Shown here: positions 48,913 through 58,094 of the stretch, in pieces
How the letters are laid out: every line of letters starts with the position of its first letter
How positions within the stretch are numbered: position 1 is the first letter of the stretch
Source: Candidatus Woesearchaeota archaeon
Lineage (GTDB): Archaea > Nanobdellota > Nanobdellia > Woesearchaeales > GW2011-AR9
Reading direction: 5' to 3'
NCBI GenBank assembly: GCA_018696595.1
Contig: JABHQW010000008.1
Span: 224,001-288,000 of the forward strand
Length of the DNA: 64,000 bases
The notes under the pieces: generated by a model
What the model was told of the DNA's origin: nothing
Databases searched by the model: none
The model's input: the letters and a program-made list of their open reading frames with translations, nothing else
Program-made: the position numbers and the translations under genes

Positions 48913-49494
48913 TTATCTGCCAAAACTTGCTAAATAAGCCTCAAATTTAATAATTTTCTTTGTTGTAGATAATTTGCCCCAAATCAAAGCAAAAATAGTT
49001 GAAGAAACTATACTGGTCGAAAATGTTAATATCAATAAGTTGATTAGTTCTGATGAGAAAACTAATAATACTGTTTGTGATAATAACATTGCAGAAACTA
49101 AAAACATGCTTGTAAAACTTATTGTTGTCCCAATAATAATATCTAAATGTAATGAAGACAATTCTATCTTAAATATCAAATGAATTACTTCAAAGATTAT
49201 TATTGCAATCACATAGGTAATCACTTTATTCCAATTAAATAATCCCAATTCCGCTAAATTGAAAGTAAACATAGCAACAAAGAACATGAATATTGTCGCA
49301 ATACCGAAACGTTTCAACATATCAACACAAATGTTCATCCCAGCAACTAAAAAAAATAAAGAAATAATAAGCAAAGGAGTGGGTGGCAAATAATAATCTG
49401 CTAAATAAAAAAATAATGAAGTAATAGCAGCTACAAATAGTGTAAAAAACAGTTGCTTTATTTTTATCCCTTGGATAAGTTCTATAGCAAACAT
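48913..49494 (-). CDS. Polytopic membrane protein
   Basis: About 6 hydrophobic segments. Confidence 0.65.
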   Translation of the reverse strand: MFAIELIQGIKIKQLFFTLFVAAITSLFFYLADYYLPPTPLLIISLFFLVAGMNICVDMLKRFGIATIFMFFVAMFTFNLAELGLFNWNKVITYVIAIIIFEVIHLIFKIELSSLHLDIIIGTTISFTSMFLVSAMLLSQTVLLVFSSELINLLILTFSTSIVSSTIFALIWGKLSTTKKIIKFEAYLASFGR

Positions 49495-49554
49495 TCTATT
49501 TTCCTCTTACTTAATGTTTCTTTTAAAATCATTTCATTTCACTTTTATTCCATC

Positions 49555-49974
49555 TTATTTTTTAGATTTTTTTTGTTTCTTTCTAGCTTTATTCTTTTTA
49601 TTTTTACTCCGTTTAGTATTATTTTTGATTTTACTTTCCGTTTTAATTTTACTTTTATTGTCTCTCTTTTTACTTAGAATCTTTTTCTCATTGGGGGTAG
49701 TATTTTTTTTCTTGAACGGTTTTGTAATTAATCCCAAATAAGAAAAACTTTTTCTTTCTAATCTCGCTTTTATAATTGGTTGAGAATGTTTAATCTCTGC
49801 AATACGTTCTTCATATTTAACAACCCGGTCATGATATGTATCAGTATTTATTTTATGTTGAACAAAACATTCTTTTTGTAAAGATTTGATAAGTTCAAGA
49901 GTCTTTTTTAGGTCTAATTTTAATCCTTCAAGTTTTTTCTTAAGATAAATTTTCCGAGACCATGAAAAGATTAT
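49555..49974 (-). pseudogene. Apparent 3' fragment of a membrane-anchored protein (post-TM coiled coil plus basic tail)
   Basis: Coding-like sequence begins at IIFSWSRKIYLKKK; the predicted first 14 aa are antisense of the kinase PAS sequence. Confidence 0.55.
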
Positions 49975-51781
49975 TGGTAAGACTCCAGAACAATTATTTT
50001 CTAAAAAAGATGCCACCCTTATTAAGAAAATTGATAATCTTTGTTTTAATGGGAAAACTGTCTCTGAGACTTATCTAACCACCATCGGCGGAAAAGAATG
50101 TTATTTGCACACTTCTCAAAGTTCAATTTATGAAAACGGAAAGGTTAACGGGATTCTCGGTATTGTTCGTGACGTTACGGAAAGAAAGAAAGCAGAAGAA
50201 AAATTAAAAGAATCTGAAGAAAAGTATAGGAAATTGTTTGAATCTGCTCAAGATGGCATTTTAATCATTAATACTGAAACTGGAAGAATAACAGATGCAA
50301 ACCCTTTCATTGAGAAACTTCTTGGATATAATAAAAATGAATTTGTTGGAAAACAAATATTTGAAATAAGTCCATTTAAAGATATTGTTCCTAATAAAAA
50401 TAAGTTTAAAGAGTTACAAAGAAAGAAGTACGTTAGATATAGTCATTTACCTTTGGAAACAAAAAAAGGAAAAAAGATTTCTGTTGAATTTATCTCTAAT
50501 GTCTACCCCATTGATCACTCCCTGGTTATTCAAGCAAATATTAGGGACATAACAGAACAAAAGAAAGCAGAAGAAAAGTTGAAACAATATCAAAATACTT
50601 TAGAAAATACTATCAAAAAGCGAACTCAAGAATTATCAAACAAATTAATTGAATTAAAAGTTAGCCAAAAGAAATATCAAACTTTGTTTATTTCTTCTCA
50701 AGATGCGTTGATGACTCTTGCTCCTCCAACTTGGAAATTTACTGCTGGAAATCCTGCTACTGTAAAGATGTTTAATTGTAAAGATGAAAAACAGTTTATT
50801 TCTCTTGGACCTTGGCAAGTTTCACCAAAGAAACAGCCAGACGGCCAGTTATCTTCTGTAAAAGCAAAGAAGATGATTGAAAAGGCAATGAAAGAAGGTT
50901 CAAACTTCTTTGAATGGACTCATAAACGTTACAAAGGAGAAGATTTTCCAGTAACTGTACTTTTGAATCGAATTCTTATTAATGGAGACACTTTCTTGCA
51001 AGCTACAGTGAGAGATATCACCGAACAAAAATTAAATGAATCTCAAATTCAAGAACAGATTGAAGAACTTAAAGAATTAGATCAATTAAAAACTCAATTC
51101 CTTTCGTTTGTTTCTCACGAATTAAGAACTCCTTTAACTCCGATTCGTTCACAATTACAAAGGTTGTTAGGGAAAAAATGTAAACCTCAAGAGCAACAAG
51201 GATCTTTGCAAATGATTTTAAGAAATACCGTTCGTTTAGACAAATTGATTAATGATGTTTTAGAAATATCTCGATTAGAATCAAAACGAATGCAAATATT
51301 CAAAAGATCTGTTAATCTTAAAAATTTAATTAAAAACACTATCACTACTATGCAACCTTTAGCTGAAGATAAAAATGTAAAGATTTCTACTTTGTTCAAA
51401 AGAGTTCCTCCAACAATTTCCCTTGATGAAGATAGGATTAAACAGGTTTTAATCAATTTGATTGATAATGCTATTAAACATAGTAAAACAAAAGAAATAG
51501 CCATTTCTGCTAAAAGAACTAATCATCATGTAACTATTTGTGTAGAAGATCAAGGTAAAGGCATTTCAGAAAAAGAAAGAAAACATCTTTTTGAATTGTT
51601 TTATGTAGGAAAAGAATCAAAGTATCTAACTAAAGGCGCTGGTTTAGGATTACCAATTTCTAAAGGGATTGTTAATTTACACGGCGGTAAAATTTGGATT
51701 AAAACTAAAATTAAGAAAGGAACAACTTTTTGTTTTACATTACCTATTAAAAATAGTGGACAAACAAACAAACAAAAATAA
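49964..51781 (+). CDS. Multi-PAS sensor histidine kinase, apparently 5'-truncated
   Basis: Frame open from 49949 with half-PAS EKIIGKTPEQLF...GIVRDVTERKK and no ATG; two further PAS domains; SHELRTPL, NLIDNAIKH, DQGKGI, GAGLGL. Confidence 0.85.
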   Translation, partial: EKIIGKTPEQLFSKKDATLIKKIDNLCFNGKTVSETYLTTIGGKECYLHTSQSSIYENGKVNGILGIVRDVTERKKAEEKLKESEEKYRKLFESAQDGILIINTETGRITDANPFIEKLLGYNKNEFVGKQIFEISPFKDIVPNKNKFKELQRKKYVRYSHLPLETKKGKKISVEFISNVYPIDHSLVIQANIRDITEQKKAEEKLKQYQNTLENTIKKRTQELSNKLIELKVSQKKYQTLFISSQDALMTLAPPTWKFTAGNPATVKMFNCKDEKQFISLGPWQVSPKKQPDGQLSSVKAKKMIEKAMKEGSNFFEWTHKRYKGEDFPVTVLLNRILINGDTFLQATVRDITEQKLNESQIQEQIEELKELDQLKTQFLSFVSHELRTPLTPIRSQLQRLLGKKCKPQEQQGSLQMILRNTVRLDKLINDVLEISRLESKRMQIFKRSVNLKNLIKNTITTMQPLAEDKNVKISTLFKRVPPTISLDEDRIKQVLINLIDNAIKHSKTKEIAISAKRTNHHVTICVEDQGKGISEKERKHLFELFYVGKESKYLTKGAGLGLPISKGIVNLHGGKIWIKTKIKKGTTFCFTLPIKNSGQTNKQK

Positions 51782-51820
51782 TATAAATGGCGAAGTATTT
51801 ACAAGCTAAAAGAGGTTAAA

Positions 51821-52195
51821 ATGAAAAAAGAATATTTAATCATGTCTGTAGATGATGAGAATGATATCAGAGATTCTATTAAATCCGTTCTTGAAGATGA
51901 AGGTTTTAAAGTTGAAACTGCTAAAGATGGCGCTAGTATGCTTAAAAAGCTAGAAAAAATTAAACCAGACTTAATTCTTTTAGACATTTTAATGCCTGGT
52001 TTAACAACTCGAGAAATCATTACTGAAGTAAAAAAAAGAAAAATAAAAACTCCTGTTATCTTTTTAACAGTAGTTAGATTAGCAGAAGCTACTAAAAAGC
52101 ATGTTATTAAGGGTAATATGGTTGATTACATTGAGAAACCATTTGATAATAAAGATTTGATTAAAAGAGTTAAAAGAGCTCTGAAAACAAAATGA
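51821..52195 (+). CDS. Stand-alone response regulator receiver (CheY-like)
   Basis: VDDE, LLDILMPG, T, KPF. Confidence 0.92.
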   Translation: MKKEYLIMSVDDENDIRDSIKSVLEDEGFKVETAKDGASMLKKLEKIKPDLILLDILMPGLTTREIITEVKKRKIKTPVIFLTVVRLAEATKKHVIKGNMVDYIEKPFDNKDLIKRVKRALKTK

Positions 52196-52722
52196 AGACT
52201 ACTTTAAAGAAAGAATTAGCTAAGAATAGCATCATTTTATTGGTAGTGCCAAACAAAGATTATAATAAAATTATTCTGCGAGAAGTTAAGAAACTTAAAG
52301 GCAAGAATATTTGTTATGTAACCACAAATAAAGGTCATAGTGCTTTAGTAAACGATTTTGAAAAAAATAAGATTGATACCAAGAAATTCTTTTTTATTGA
52401 TTGTGTAACTTCCACAATTCTTAAACCAAAAATAACTCCTCCGAATTGTGCTTTAGTATCTTCTCCTCGAGCTTTAACAGAATTAAGTTTGGCTATCAAT
52501 AAGTTTGTAGATATTCATTTCCCATTAATCTTTATTGATTCTTTGTCTACTCTTTTAGTTTATCATAGTCCAAAAGTGTTGACTAATTTTGTTCATAGTT
52601 TAAGTACTAAAGTTAGAGAAACTGGTCATGTGGTTCTAGTGATGACTATTGCCGATAAAGATAAGAAAACAGAATTATATAAAAAGCTACAAGTTTTAGC
52701 TGATAAAGTTATCAAAGTATAA
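52192..52722 (+). CDS. Inactive KaiC/RecA-fold ATPase-like protein (DUF835/DUF7504-like)
   Basis: CYVT, FIDC, FIDSLSTLLVY, ADKVI; no Walker A; 4-nt overlap with the receiver gene. Confidence 0.7.
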   Translation: MKTTLKKELAKNSIILLVVPNKDYNKIILREVKKLKGKNICYVTTNKGHSALVNDFEKNKIDTKKFFFIDCVTSTILKPKITPPNCALVSSPRALTELSLAINKFVDIHFPLIFIDSLSTLLVYHSPKVLTNFVHSLSTKVRETGHVVLVMTIADKDKKTELYKKLQVLADKVIKV

Positions 52723-52809
52723 TTATTTATTTCTTATTTTTGAAGATAATCAGAATTACCTTATTCTCAATAAATTTAAGTTTTTAACCAAAAACTTTAT
52801 ATATCTAAG

Positions 52810-52838
52810 ATGCACACCATATGCACAGGGGGTACACC
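52810..52838 (+). promoter_or_regulatory. Three phased RTRCACM boxes, putative TA operator
   Basis: ATGCACA (52810), ATGCACA (52821), GTACACC (52832), between TATA 52796-52803 and SD GGAGG. Confidence 0.5.
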
Positions 52839-52849
52839 CGGAGGTCAAA

Positions 52850-53104
52850 ATGGTTTATGCAAGAATAACTTTGAATGATTATGCAAATAAAGTACTTAAT
52901 GTAGTTAAAGCTAAATTTAGCCTTAATGATAAGTCTGAAGCAATTAATAAATTTGTTGAAATGTATGGTGAAGAAGTAGTGGAGAAAGAAGCTAATGATG
53001 AATATGTCAAGAAAGTAATTAAAATGACTGATGAGCATATCAAAAAATATGGTTACCGAAAAATGAATCTAAAAGAATTAGATAAAATTAGTGGTTTAAA
53101 TTAA
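52850..53104 (+). CDS. DUF2683-like antitoxin
   Basis: ARITLNDYANKVLNVVKAKFSLNDKSEAINKF. Confidence 0.75.
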   Translation: MVYARITLNDYANKVLNVVKAKFSLNDKSEAINKFVEMYGEEVVEKEANDEYVKKVIKMTDEHIKKYGYRKMNLKELDKISGLN

Positions 53105-53117
53105 AGGGGTTTTTTAT

Positions 53118-53390
53118 ATGTTTGATTTTGATTTGCATGATAAATTAAGTACGATTCTTAGTAAGTTATCTAAAAAGGACAAAAAGAAAGTTGAGATTAT
53201 CAATAAGAAAATTAAAGAAATTATTGCCAATGACCATAAAACAATTGACAGGTATAAAAATCTAAGAACTCCGTTACAACATTTAAAGCGTGTTCATATT
53301 GACAAACATTTTGTTTTAACTTTTAATGTCGATAAAGAAAAAAACTTTATTTTATTCGTGGATTTTGCTCATCATGACACTGTTTATTAA
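53118..53390 (+). CDS. RelE/YafQ-like toxin
   Basis: YKNLR...KRVHID..FVLTF...DFAHHD; immediately follows the antitoxin. Confidence 0.8.
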   Translation: MFDFDLHDKLSTILSKLSKKDKKKVEIINKKIKEIIANDHKTIDRYKNLRTPLQHLKRVHIDKHFVLTFNVDKEKNFILFVDFAHHDTVY

Positions 53391-53407
53391 AGAATTAATT
53401 ATAATAT

Positions 53408-54616
53408 CTAAGGTCCTTGAATCTCGCCGAATACTTCTTGTTCAGGATAAACTGTTACACCTTTCTCACCAATACTCATCGCTACAATCTTGTTCTGATG
53501 AGAAGTACCACGTAATTTAAGGATCTCAATCGCTCTTTCCCTGATGTTGCCACGTTTGATGTTATAGATAACAATAACCCCATCGGCAAGGAACTCTTCA
53601 ACACCAGTAGTAGAGAAAATCTTAGGAACTTGTTCAGTTTCCGTAATTAAAAGAGCAGTAGCTTTAATATTTTCAAAGAATCTGAACAACTGTTCAATAT
53701 AAATTCTGTATGATTCATCTTTAGCAGTAAAAGCAGAAGCAATCGCAGTTAAAGAGTCAACAACAATAAAGTCCGGTTTGAAACCTTTTGGTAAAATCAA
53801 CGGATCAACTTCAATCATTAACTCACCTTTAGCTTGCATTAGAAGAGCATCTACACTACGAGTAATTTCAAAAGGATTAAATCGTTTAACATAAAATTGT
53901 TTCTTCTTAATATACTTTCTAGGATTCCAACCAAACTGTTCCATGTGTCCAATAAGTTTTTCTTCAGATTCTTCAAAACTCATCATAATACATTTCTTTC
54001 CTTCAGCAAGATGATGAAATAAAGTTTGTAAACAGAAAATAGTTTTTCCTGAACCTGCACCACCAGCAACTAAGATTGAACCGTTTTTTGGAATGCCATT
54101 ATCAAGTAAGTCATCAAATCCAGGAACCCCTGTATAAATAAACCCTTCTTTAGCTGCAGTAGCATGGCTTCTTTCAAATTGAGATTTAATTTCTGCTTTT
54201 AATGAGCCAAGATCAAATAGTTTATTTCCTGTCGGTTTAGCTGCTACTGTTTCTTCTGTTGGAATTGTTTCTTTACCTTTCGAATCAACATCTTTTACGG
54301 TTTCTTGATCTCCTTTTGGAGCAATAATCTTATCTTTAATTCCTTTAAGTTGATTTTTGATTTTGTCTTTAATCACTACTTTTGTTTTAACTTGAGAAAC
54401 TTTTACAGTAGGGATTTTCTTTCCTTTCTTCAATTTAGGTGTTGCAGTCAATTCTTTGCCTAAATGTTTAACAATTTTCTTACGTTTCTTTCTAATTTCT
54501 TGGGTTATAACTTTCTTTCTAGCAGGACTTACTTGATGGATATACTGCTTTTTCTCTTTATCTACTTTGTGCAGCTTCTTATTTCGAGCAGATTCGGCTT
54601 TACTTAATAATCCCAT
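53408..54616 (-). CDS. Single-domain KaiC-like ATPase with long basic N-terminal extension
   Basis: TGVPGFD, GGAGSGKT, EES, VVDSL, EEFLADG, KLRGT. Confidence 0.9.
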   Translation of the reverse strand: MGLLSKAESARNKKLHKVDKEKKQYIHQVSPARKKVITQEIRKKRKKIVKHLGKELTATPKLKKGKKIPTVKVSQVKTKVVIKDKIKNQLKGIKDKIIAPKGDQETVKDVDSKGKETIPTEETVAAKPTGNKLFDLGSLKAEIKSQFERSHATAAKEGFIYTGVPGFDDLLDNGIPKNGSILVAGGAGSGKTIFCLQTLFHHLAEGKKCIMMSFEESEEKLIGHMEQFGWNPRKYIKKKQFYVKRFNPFEITRSVDALLMQAKGELMIEVDPLILPKGFKPDFIVVDSLTAIASAFTAKDESYRIYIEQLFRFFENIKATALLITETEQVPKIFSTTGVEEFLADGVIVIYNIKRGNIRERAIEILKLRGTSHQNKIVAMSIGEKGVTVYPEQEVFGEIQGP

Positions 54617-54621
54617 TTTAG

Positions 54622-56514
54622 CTATTTAACCCCATACTTATTCATAATCTTTTTATAAGTTTTGAAATCTTTTGATTTTGAAAATGCGTTAATTTCTTTT
54701 TTAGGCAATTTTCCAAGTAAACCATCAATTTTTCTTAATGCCGGTTTAAGATCTTTATCCACATCAACATTAGATTTAACTTTAACCCTAATACGTTTAA
54801 TCTCTTTAACAATTCTCGTTTTGATTTTAACAACTTGTACAATTTTTGTTTTTATTTTAATAATTGGTAATTTCTCATCAATAATTAAATGCAACTTGTG
54901 TAGTTCATCTCTTAACTTATTAGCATCATTAACTCTTTTAATTTTTTCTTTAACAACTTTATTTAAGTTTTTAAGTTGTTTATCCCTATCAGATAATTTT
55001 TCTGAAATGGCCTTATAATTAGCTTTAGTCTTCTCTTGTTTATCCTCTAGCTTTATTTCTTCCTCTCTTAATTTTCGAAGAATGTTCTCGTTATTAGCTG
55101 TTTTATTTGATATGTTAGATTTTCTTTTACGAAGAGTTTTAGCCTTTTCTAATAATTTCAATCTATTAGCAGATAACTCTTTCTTTTTAGTTTCCATTTC
55201 ATTATCGATTTCAGATTTCCTTTTCTCTAATTGTTTGGAAGCGCTTCCTTTTTTACGATTAAGAACAACAATTTCTTTATCTAAATCAGCAATCTTTAAT
55301 CCTGCCTGTTTGTTAGCCCGTGCTTGTTTAAGTTTAAGCCTTTTCTTTTCATTTTCAAGATTATTTTTTAATTGTACTTTTTTTCTCGTCAAATCGACAC
55401 TAATTTTTTGTTGTTTAATTTTTTCTAAAGCAATTTCTTTTTCTACATTTTTGATTTTCTTCCAAGTGTTAGATTTAACTTCATCTTCTAATCGGGCAAT
55501 ATAATTATCTAAACGATCATAAACTGGTTTCTTTAAGAGTGATTGTTTAATTTTTCTTTCTAATTGGATTTTTTGGACTATTTTTCTTAATAACTGTTCT
55601 TCTTCAACTAGACTTTGATGTTTTCTTTTTTCAGAAGAAATTTGATTGTTAGTAGCAGTTAATGATTTCTTATTTTTATTTAACTTAGTCATAGCAAAGT
55701 TTTGTTTTTGGTTAAGAGCTTTAATTCTTTTACCCACTTCTTCTTTTTTCAAAGCTTGTTTTCGATAAGCTTCTTGTGTTCTCGTTAAATCTTTGGAAAT
55801 ATCTTCAATTTGTTTATTTAAATCTAAATGTTTCTTAACAATTTTCTGTTGTTTTTCATTTTGAACTTTACTTTCCTTTCTTACTGATAATAATAATTGT
55901 CTTTTTACAGCTGCTAATGAAGTTTCAATATTATCAAGTAAAGTTTGGTGTTCTTTTTTCTCTTTTAAAACTTTAATTTGTAACTGCTCAATATTTCTCT
56001 TCTTAGCTAAAAATTCTTTTTGTGTAGAAAAAGAGTTATCTTGGAACGAACGTAATTGTCTTTTTTTAAGCAACATTTCTTTCTCTATGTTTTTAAGACT
56101 AGTTTTAGCTTTAGATTTTTCAGCTTTAAAACTATCAATCACTGCTGGCATATCTCCAGAAACCGCTTTAACCGCAGTTAACATCTTTTCAATTTTGTTT
56201 AATTTTATTTTTCCTGTTTTTAATTCATTCTCTTTTTCTTGAATGTCAAGCAAAATCATTTTCGTTTTTGCTTCATTAATACTTTTCCTTTGTAATAATT
56301 CTTTTTCCAAATCATTCATTTCTCTTTTAATTTGGTTTAAAGCTTGGCTATCTCTATTCAGTAAACTTAAAGAGGCTGTTCTTCTTCTTTCCCATGACTT
56401 TAATTTATTACTGAAGCTTTTCTTTTCTTTTTCTAAAACTTTAATTTTCCTTCCAGATTCAGAAAGAATTTTGTTAATCTCCTTCTCCAAATTGAGCAAT
56501 AATTCTGGCATCAC
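54622..56514 (-). CDS. Long Lys-rich coiled-coil protein, 5' end uncertain
   Basis: About 570 aa of heptads, terminal LLGKLP...F..Y..IM.KYGV motif; start overlaps the TrkA-like ORF by 41 nt. Confidence 0.75.
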   Translation of the reverse strand: MMPELLLNLEKEINKILSESGRKIKVLEKEKKSFSNKLKSWERRRTASLSLLNRDSQALNQIKREMNDLEKELLQRKSINEAKTKMILLDIQEKENELKTGKIKLNKIEKMLTAVKAVSGDMPAVIDSFKAEKSKAKTSLKNIEKEMLLKKRQLRSFQDNSFSTQKEFLAKKRNIEQLQIKVLKEKKEHQTLLDNIETSLAAVKRQLLLSVRKESKVQNEKQQKIVKKHLDLNKQIEDISKDLTRTQEAYRKQALKKEEVGKRIKALNQKQNFAMTKLNKNKKSLTATNNQISSEKRKHQSLVEEEQLLRKIVQKIQLERKIKQSLLKKPVYDRLDNYIARLEDEVKSNTWKKIKNVEKEIALEKIKQQKISVDLTRKKVQLKNNLENEKKRLKLKQARANKQAGLKIADLDKEIVVLNRKKGSASKQLEKRKSEIDNEMETKKKELSANRLKLLEKAKTLRKRKSNISNKTANNENILRKLREEEIKLEDKQEKTKANYKAISEKLSDRDKQLKNLNKVVKEKIKRVNDANKLRDELHKLHLIIDEKLPIIKIKTKIVQVVKIKTRIVKEIKRIRVKVKSNVDVDKDLKPALRKIDGLLGKLPKKEINAFSKSKDFKTYKKIMNKYGVK

Positions 56515-56911
56515 CGTAAGTTCTTAAAATTCTTTTGATTGCACTAGCATTACTTCCTGCTGCAGAAACGAACGTGCTAACTCCTAATTTTGCAAATAAT
56601 TCTTCATTTTTTGGTTTTCTTACTAAAGGAACAACTTTTTGTACTTTCTCTGATTTTCCAATTTGTGAAATCATTAAGTTAGTAGTATCATCACCAGTTG
56701 CAACCACTAAAGCATCAACTTTATCAATTTCTGCTTCTTTTAAAATAGAAATATCTGTACCATCACCATGAATGACTAAAGCGTTAGTTTTTTGCGCTAA
56801 CTCTTTAGCACGGATTTCATCTTTTTCAACAAGAGTAACTTCCATTTCCTTTTCAAATAGTTTTGCTAGAGTTAGGCCAGTTTCCCCGCCACCAACAATA
56901 ATAATTTTCAT
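56474..56911 (-). pseudogene. TrkA/KtrA RCK-N protein, apparently truncated before the RCK-C domain
   Basis: GGGETG, GDGTD, ATGDDTTN; stops at FGEGD, where RCK-C normally starts. Confidence 0.65.
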
Positions 56912-57001
56912 TTTCTTAACCTCTTTTTTAATATGATTTTTTAATAATGTTATATAATCTAAATACTTACCTATATAAAAATCTTGCTTTTCTTTAACTA
57001 C

Positions 57002-57742
57002 TTAATGTCCCACATGTAAATTTAATTTAAGACTCAATTTCTGATAAACAAACCCGGCAACACTTTTTAAATTCTCAATATCTTCACCATTATACTCCAA
57101 TAACAAATCCAAATACTCTCGGTCGCCAGAAGCGTGGAACGCTTTCCATAAGTCAACAGGATTGCCATAAAGATGAGCTGGCCTCCCTAATCCCAGTCTC
57201 TTCTCAACTTCTTTCAACCCTCCAACTAATCCTAAATTAACACAAAGTTGTTTCAAGTCTAGATGAGCAACTTTAACAACAATACCCATTTCCTTTCTTA
57301 ACTTCGGTAAATCAAACGCACCACCATTAAACGTAACAATTAATTTGTACTTCGATAACTCTTTTTCAATTTCTCCTTTTGACAAATTAACTCCTTTGAC
57401 AAAATAATTACTATTGTAATAATCAGAAATGCCTACTACGATAACTTTCCCCACAGAATCAACTTCAATATCCAAGTAACCTGTTTCTTCTTTAAAATAG
57501 TCATACAATCTCCAAGTCTCAACAGCAGCTAATTTTCCAATAAAATAATTACTCTCCTCATTAACTAAAGCTTCTTTAGCCTCTTTAATTTTCCGATTAT
57601 AATATTCTTTGCTTCGCACAGAAATTCCTTTAATCTTATCAACACGAAGAAAATCATTCCAATCTTTAATTCCTGAGTTCCAAATATTTTTCTCCTTACC
57701 GGAACCAACTTTCTCCAAAAAAATAAACGATTTTCTGATCAT
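57002..57742 (-). CDS. RNase H-like (YprB/RNase_H_2) exonuclease
   Basis: YLDIE, TFNGGAFDLP, HLDL, GGLKEVEKRLG, YNGEDIENL. Confidence 0.85.
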   Translation of the reverse strand: MIRKSFIFLEKVGSGKEKNIWNSGIKDWNDFLRVDKIKGISVRSKEYYNRKIKEAKEALVNEESNYFIGKLAAVETWRLYDYFKEETGYLDIEVDSVGKVIVVGISDYYNSNYFVKGVNLSKGEIEKELSKYKLIVTFNGGAFDLPKLRKEMGIVVKVAHLDLKQLCVNLGLVGGLKEVEKRLGLGRPAHLYGNPVDLWKAFHASGDREYLDLLLEYNGEDIENLKSVAGFVYQKLSLKLNLHVGH

Positions 57743-57837
57743 AACTATTTCAAGAATAAACTAATTTAAATGTTTATGTTTTTCTACCTCGCAGGGACAG
57801 GAAATTTTTATAAACTCCTCGACATTCTACTTATTTC

Positions 57838-58026
57838 CTACTGTTCACGGGAGAATTGATTTCACTTGTTGATGTCTTCGGATTGATGCTTGTGTTTGAT
57901 GCTTCGGACGTGTTCAGTTAAATCGTTTCAGTTGTTTGCGGGAGAATTGATTTCGCTTGTTGACGTCTTCGGATTGATACTTGTGTTTGAAACTTCGGAC
58001 GTGAACTGCTGAGAATTTCTTTTTTT
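57838..58026 (+). ncRNA. Candidate structured ncRNA made of two 65-nt units
   Basis: TATA at 57807-57814; units at 57848-57912 and 57939-58003; T-tract at 58016-58026; most unit differences preserve pairing. Confidence 0.55.
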
Positions 58027-58094
58027 CATTCAATGATAAGTTGAATAATAACAAATTTTATATACTTCTCCGTAACGTGATACTCTATTAATCC

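Noticed and set aside
49962-50009. Programmed -1 frameshift (ATG 49962 plus A-AAA-AAG at 50003-50009) giving the kinase a start
   Set aside because: PAS-like sequence in the kinase frame already extends upstream of the slippery site, and the product would still lack half a PAS domain; likely chance in A-rich DNA
57848-58003. CRISPR array
   Set aside because: Only two 65-nt units with one 26-nt linker, and no cas genes in the window
57928-58029. 33-aa minus-strand ORF MKKRNSQQFTSEVSNTSINPKTSTSEINSPANN covering one repeat unit
   Set aside because: The second unit is in a different frame with no start, and there is no SD. Several unit differences are synonymous in this frame, so a peptide is not fully excluded, but pairing explains them as well
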